From Candidatus Hermodarchaeota archaeon (GTDB lineage Archaea; Asgardarchaeota; Lokiarchaeia; Sigyniarchaeales; SOKP01), in the NCBI GenBank assembly GCA_048885925.1, contig JBHLLG010000001.1, positions 67,105 to 131,104 on the forward strand: a DNA stretch of 64,000 nt. The letters run 5' to 3'. The number at the start of each line of letters is the position of its first letter. Within the stretch, counting starts at the first letter, position 1. Below the pieces are notes generated by a model. It did not search any database, was not told where the DNA came from, and was given only the letters and a program-made list of their open reading frames with translations. Shown piece by piece: positions 59,565 to 64,000 of the stretch. The position numbers and the translations under genes were made by a program.

Positions 59565-61142
59565 TTATTTATTATTAATTTGAATATTAAATCGTTCTCT
59601 TAATTTTCGGTGTATGACTTTTCCAGAACCAGTTCTAGGCATCTCTTCGGAATGAATGCATAAAAATTTTTTTGGTATCTTAAATCTGGCTAACTTATCC
59701 TCACAATATTGGCGCATTTCTTTATTAAAAGTATCTAAGTCAACTTCTTTATTTAAAACACAACAAGCTGTTACACTTTCTCCCCATTTGTAATCATTCA
59801 ATCCAACTACAGCACATTCTACAACTGAAGGATGTGAGACAACTACTTCCTCTACTTCAGAAGGATAAACATGTTCTCCCCCTGTTATAATCATATTAGC
59901 TTTTCGATCTACTAAATAATAGAATCCATCTTCATCCTTCTTCGCCATATCACCTGCGCTAAAATACTCCCCTTTAAACGACTCCTTAGTTTTTTCTGGT
60001 AGTTTATAATACTTATCAAACATTTGTGGACCACGGGAATAGAGTTCACCAATTTTTCCTATAGCTACAGGATTTCTGTCCTCATCCAGTATTTTTATAT
60101 TATCAGTTCCAATGCATTCTTTTCCGATTGAACCTAATTTATTCATTTGATCTTCAGGTCTAAGAAGTGTTACTAATCCTGCTTCAGTTGAGCCATAGGC
60201 TTCAAAAAGTTTAGTTTTGCTAAAAAGTTTCATAACATCTAATTTCATTTGTTTTGTAGCAGGAGCAGATGAGGTCAATAATGTTGTTATGCTGCTAAGA
60301 TCATATTTTTGTTTAATTTCATCTGGAAGGCTTAATATTAAATTATAATGAGTAGGTATCATTGAAGTAAATGTTATTTTCTCACGATCAATTATTTTCA
60401 ATACCTCCTCAGGTTCAAATTTATATTCTATATGAATATAAACCGGAGCTCCAAGGTAAGTAAATACAAATGAATAAAAAGTAGAATTTACATGAGATAA
60501 TGGCATTAAAATCATACCATAATCTTGAGGAGTGAAAGAAAATTCTGCTTCATTAATTAAGAAAAAGGAGATATAGGAACGATGTGAACGTATAACTCCC
60601 TTTGGTTTCCCTGTTGTGCCAGAAGTATATAGAATTACCCATGTATCCTCTGGATCAACTTTTATAGAAGGATATATATTTTCACCCATTTCTACAAGAT
60701 CTTCAAAATATTTCCAACCTTCTGCCGGTTTATCGGCAATCAAAACGCGTTCTACATCCTCAAATCCCAATTCTATAGCTCTCTCCCATATTTTTTCTGT
60801 CGCTTCATAGAATCTGGATTCTATAAATAACCATTTCGCATCTGAATTATTAATAATAAATGAAATATCATCTGGATGTAAACGAAAATTTAATGGTACA
60901 ACAATAAATCCTCCCTTAGCTGCTGCTACATATAATTCCATAAATTCAATGCAATTATTAGATAATATCGCTACTTTATCCCCTTTTTTTATTCCACTTT
61001 TAAGTATTCCATTAGCAAGTTTATTAGTCCTTTCATTTAATTCTTTAAATGTTAATTGACGTTTTATATCTTTCAGAGCAAGTTTGTTTGGATATTTATT
61101 AGCATTTACATTAATAATTTCGCCAATATTAAGCCATGTCAT
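59565..61142 (-). CDS. Long-chain fatty acid--CoA ligase (AMP-binding)
   Basis: YTSGTTGKPKG, YGSTE, AGD, DRK, PRTGSGK all intact. Confidence 0.93.
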   Translation of the reverse strand: MTWLNIGEIINVNANKYPNKLALKDIKRQLTFKELNERTNKLANGILKSGIKKGDKVAILSNNCIEFMELYVAAAKGGFIVVPLNFRLHPDDISFIINNSDAKWLFIESRFYEATEKIWERAIELGFEDVERVLIADKPAEGWKYFEDLVEMGENIYPSIKVDPEDTWVILYTSGTTGKPKGVIRSHRSYISFFLINEAEFSFTPQDYGMILMPLSHVNSTFYSFVFTYLGAPVYIHIEYKFEPEEVLKIIDREKITFTSMIPTHYNLILSLPDEIKQKYDLSSITTLLTSSAPATKQMKLDVMKLFSKTKLFEAYGSTEAGLVTLLRPEDQMNKLGSIGKECIGTDNIKILDEDRNPVAIGKIGELYSRGPQMFDKYYKLPEKTKESFKGEYFSAGDMAKKDEDGFYYLVDRKANMIITGGEHVYPSEVEEVVVSHPSVVECAVVGLNDYKWGESVTACCVLNKEVDLDTFNKEMRQYCEDKLARFKIPKKFLCIHSEEMPRTGSGKVIHRKLRERFNIQINNK

Positions 61143-61372
61143 GCAATTATCCTCCTATCATATCCCATTTTGTTTAATTAAACAATTTCTCAGTTTTAAC
61201 GATTTAGAACGATTTTAAAAATATTTTAATCTTATTTTAAACATCAAAGTTATATAAAAAATTTTACCTTTTCCCATATTTATGGGAAATTTCACTGAGA
61301 ATTAATAATCATAAATTTTATTTTAACTAAATATATAATTTCAGTTAAATATGAAAAAGAAATGATAGAAAA

Positions 61373-62650
61373 ATGAGTTTACAAGGATGTTTATCAAGTC
61401 GAAAAGATTGTTCAGGAGAAGGTAAAATATTATCATTTTCAGAAATCTTGGATATTTGTAGATCAACCAACCAAGCAGCGCCATCAAAATCTTTATTTGT
61501 TGTATTGCCAGATGCGGAGGATTATTCGGGAGGGATATATTTGTATAAGGATGAAGAGTTAAAATTAATTACAGATAAAGAGAAAACCCAATATTCGTTA
61601 GAGCTTTATCCAGAATTGATTAGGAAAGAATCAATTGAATTAAATGAATTAGTGGATGTGGGCCTTATTTGGCAATATCTTTCATTAAAAACAGAAAGTA
61701 AGGGACTTGGAGTATCTCAACGAGCGAGAGTTCCGAAAAAATATAATAAACTCATTAATAATACACTTAATCAAATTCATGCTCTATTATATTCAGTGGC
61801 GGTTCGTGAGAGGGATAGGGGAACTTTAGTAGAAGATACTTTAGAACCTCTCCAAAAAGAAAAAGAGGAAGGTATTATTTTACTAGAAACACCAACATGT
61901 TACAAAAATCGCGCAATCTATAAGAATGAATATGAAGGTATTCCATTAGAGTCCGTTATCTTTAACAAAATAGAAAAAAAGAACCCAAATTTTACGAATT
62001 TGCATGAGATCTCTCAGTTATTATGGGCTTGCCAAGGTGAAAATGATCATGCTACTCATGGAAACAGAGATGATTTGGAGAAAAATGGGTATGGTAGGGT
62101 CCACGCTTCTGGATGCGCAGGGTACGCTGTTTATCCAATAGTTATTGTAGATGATCTTGCTAATCTGCAAAAAGGATCATATATATATAACCCTGTGGGA
62201 TATTCCGCATTAAATCGATGGATTAAGGTGAATAATAAGATTACTTATGACCATTTTCTTAAATATTATGCATCAGACAATCATAAAGATGAAATTGAAA
62301 AAGATTTTAACATTAATTTCTCAAATTATGCTATTCTATTATGCATTGACAGAAAGAAACCATGTGCTGGATTTATGCACAAAATCATTAATTTACAATA
62401 TTGGGCTGAAATTGAAGCAGGAATGTCATTAGCAGGTTTACAATTACAGGCAAACGCTTTAGGCTTAAAATGGCAAAAATGTATATTATTAAATCCTGAT
62501 GATTCGAAATATCGAAAACTATTCAATCTGGATTCTGCTGAAGAATCAATAAATAAATTAGCATCTAATCTCGTAAATCGCGCAAAAAATGAGAGAATAT
62601 CCCTTAAAGGGAATTTAGTTCCAGCAATTTTGTTTTTCCTACAAACCTAA
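61373..62650 (+). CDS. Divergent nitroreductase / SagB-ThcOx-like protein
   Basis: SLQGCLSSRK, AAPS, ISQLLWACQG, ASG.AGY, IEAG..LQLQANALGL; appears to be a tandem fold. Confidence 0.6.
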   Translation: MSLQGCLSSRKDCSGEGKILSFSEILDICRSTNQAAPSKSLFVVLPDAEDYSGGIYLYKDEELKLITDKEKTQYSLELYPELIRKESIELNELVDVGLIWQYLSLKTESKGLGVSQRARVPKKYNKLINNTLNQIHALLYSVAVRERDRGTLVEDTLEPLQKEKEEGIILLETPTCYKNRAIYKNEYEGIPLESVIFNKIEKKNPNFTNLHEISQLLWACQGENDHATHGNRDDLEKNGYGRVHASGCAGYAVYPIVIVDDLANLQKGSYIYNPVGYSALNRWIKVNNKITYDHFLKYYASDNHKDEIEKDFNINFSNYAILLCIDRKKPCAGFMHKIINLQYWAEIEAGMSLAGLQLQANALGLKWQKCILLNPDDSKYRKLFNLDSAEESINKLASNLVNRAKNERISLKGNLVPAILFFLQT

Positions 62651-62760
62651 TTTTGCTATTTATCAAAAAAAAATAATCGAAATAATATATGTTAATTTCA
62701 TAAATGATTTAACCTTAAATCATTATTCATATAGGAAAATAAAATTAAAATAAAAAAAAA

Positions 62761-63201
62761 TTACATAATTAATACTTGGGCTTCTCCATCTGTTACAATT
62801 TCATTTTTCTGGTTTAGTACTTTAGTTTCTACATCTAAAAATTGTAAAGTTCCACTTTTACCTTCTTTTGTATATTTCTTGGTTACTGTTGCTACTGCGG
62901 TTAAAGTATCTCCAATAAATACTGGTTTTTTAAAGACTACCTTTTGAGAAGCATAAAGCGCTCCCGGACCAAATAAGTGAACACCAAGTACTGCTGAAAT
63001 TAATGCTGAACTAAATGCTCCATGAACTACCCGCTTACCGAACATTTGAGTTTTTGCGAATTCTTCATTTACATGAAGAGGATTAAAATCTCCACTAATG
63101 CCTGCAAATAAGGTTACATCTGCTTCAGTAATAGTTTTACTACAAGAAGCAGAAGTTCCTTCTTCATAATCGTCAAATTTAACGATTCCTGTTTTTGACA
63201 T
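62761..63201 (-). CDS. MaoC-like (R)-enoyl-CoA hydratase
   Basis: FAGISGDFNPLH, HG, GPG, F.KPVFIGD. Confidence 0.92.
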   Translation of the reverse strand: MSKTGIVKFDDYEEGTSASCSKTITEADVTLFAGISGDFNPLHVNEEFAKTQMFGKRVVHGAFSSALISAVLGVHLFGPGALYASQKVVFKKPVFIGDTLTAVATVTKKYTKEGKSGTLQFLDVETKVLNQKNEIVTDGEAQVLIM

Positions 63202-63300
63202 AAATTAAACTAATGAAAAGATAGATAAAAATATTGACTAATTAGACTTAATAAAAATCTATATTTGCTAATATCATAAATGATTATAAGGTGAGATTAT

Positions 63301-63387
63301 ATGGTACTTTCTCTTGAAGGTTGGATTAATGGGATTTTATCATGGATGATACAAAAAAGAAGAAGGACCTATGCTCGAAACATTTGA
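63301..63387 (+). pseudogene. Short ORF / probable truncated gene remnant
   Basis: GGTGA SD then MVLSLEGWINGILSWMIQKRRRTYARNI* (28 aa). Confidence 0.3.
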
Positions 63388-63432
63388 AAAAGATAAAAAT
63401 GCATAATTTAATAGGGAAAAAGTTTTTGATTT

Positions 63433-63813
63433 TTACTTTTTGTTTTGAAACGCTGAATAGGCTAAACTAAGCCATCCTAAAACAAATGCTATGCCTCCAA
63501 ATGGTGAAAATATTTCAAACCATTGTAAACCAGTTAAAACAATTAAATATAAACTCCCACTAAAGAGTAATATTCCTGCTAAAAAAAGCCAACCTGCTAA
63601 ATCTAAAGCTTTTCCTAGATTTTGAGAAGATAAAAGAGCCACAAATATTAACGCAAATGAATGATACACCTGGTATCGTACAGCTTTATTAAATGTTATG
63701 AACCGTGCTTCACTTATTATATCTTGTAGTAAATGAGAACCAGCTGCACCAGCAGATACTCCTATTGCGGCAAGAATAGCCCCCAATATTAACCAATAAT
63801 TTCTTTCAGTCAT
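63433..63813 (-). CDS. DUF423 (YgdD/TMEM256) membrane protein
   Basis: GAAGSH, AVRYQVYH, G..LFSGSLY, PFGG..GW. Confidence 0.92.
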   Translation of the reverse strand: MTERNYWLILGAILAAIGVSAGAAGSHLLQDIISEARFITFNKAVRYQVYHSFALIFVALLSSQNLGKALDLAGWLFLAGILLFSGSLYLIVLTGLQWFEIFSPFGGIAFVLGWLSLAYSAFQNKK

Positions 63814-64000
63814 TTTCTTTATAAGATTTTTATTAGTTTTGTTTGATTATTTCTTTTTTGATTTTGGAATTAATTAATTTTATTCCTATATTTTAAAATC
63901 ATATACATTCAGAAGGATTAATAACTAATTTTGAATGAACAAAGAGTTGGAGGAGATTTTAATAAATATCTTTTATATTTAGATTTAAAATAATACCATA

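Noticed and set aside
2521-62526. About 25 short ORF-track entries overlapping larger genes (e.g. 2521-2775, 10278-10628, 23007-23360, 25824-26306, 47929-48186)
   Set aside because: Antisense or alternative-frame shadows of well-supported genes, with no recognisable motifs

Overview
AT-rich, gene-dense archaeal chromosome segment with GGTGA/GGAG Shine-Dalgarno motifs. Gene content and style suggest an Asgard archaeon, probably Lokiarchaeia; this is inference only, as no marker gene is in the window. It is dominated by anaerobic acyl-CoA and organic-acid metabolism: two thiolases plus a DUF35 partner, a two-subunit CoA-transferase, acyl-CoA ligases, acyl-CoA dehydrogenase with EtfBA, three 2-hydroxyacyl-CoA dehydratase subunits plus activase, a B12 acyl-CoA mutase with MeaB, a GlcD/HdrD-like pair, LarA, IlvD, tungsten AOR with ferredoxin and a MoaD/SAMP. 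It also carries transporters (MFS, MscS, CorA) and cell-surface proteins. I saw no rRNA, tRNA, CRISPR array or mobile element. Most notable: (1) a MurL-like PP-loop ATPase + Ddl-like ATP-grasp + GNAT cluster with a convergent PLP enzyme, in a lineage not known to make peptidoglycan; (2) an AbrB-type DNA-binding domain fused to an acyl-CoA ligase with eroded catalytic motifs; (3) an acyl-CoA mutase with non-canonical specificity residues; (4) genes that apparently must start at ATA/ATT codons; (5) a shared 22-bp upstream motif next to a membrane-anchored wHTH regulator; (6) several unannotated small proteins. All family calls come from motif recognition by eye, not database searches.
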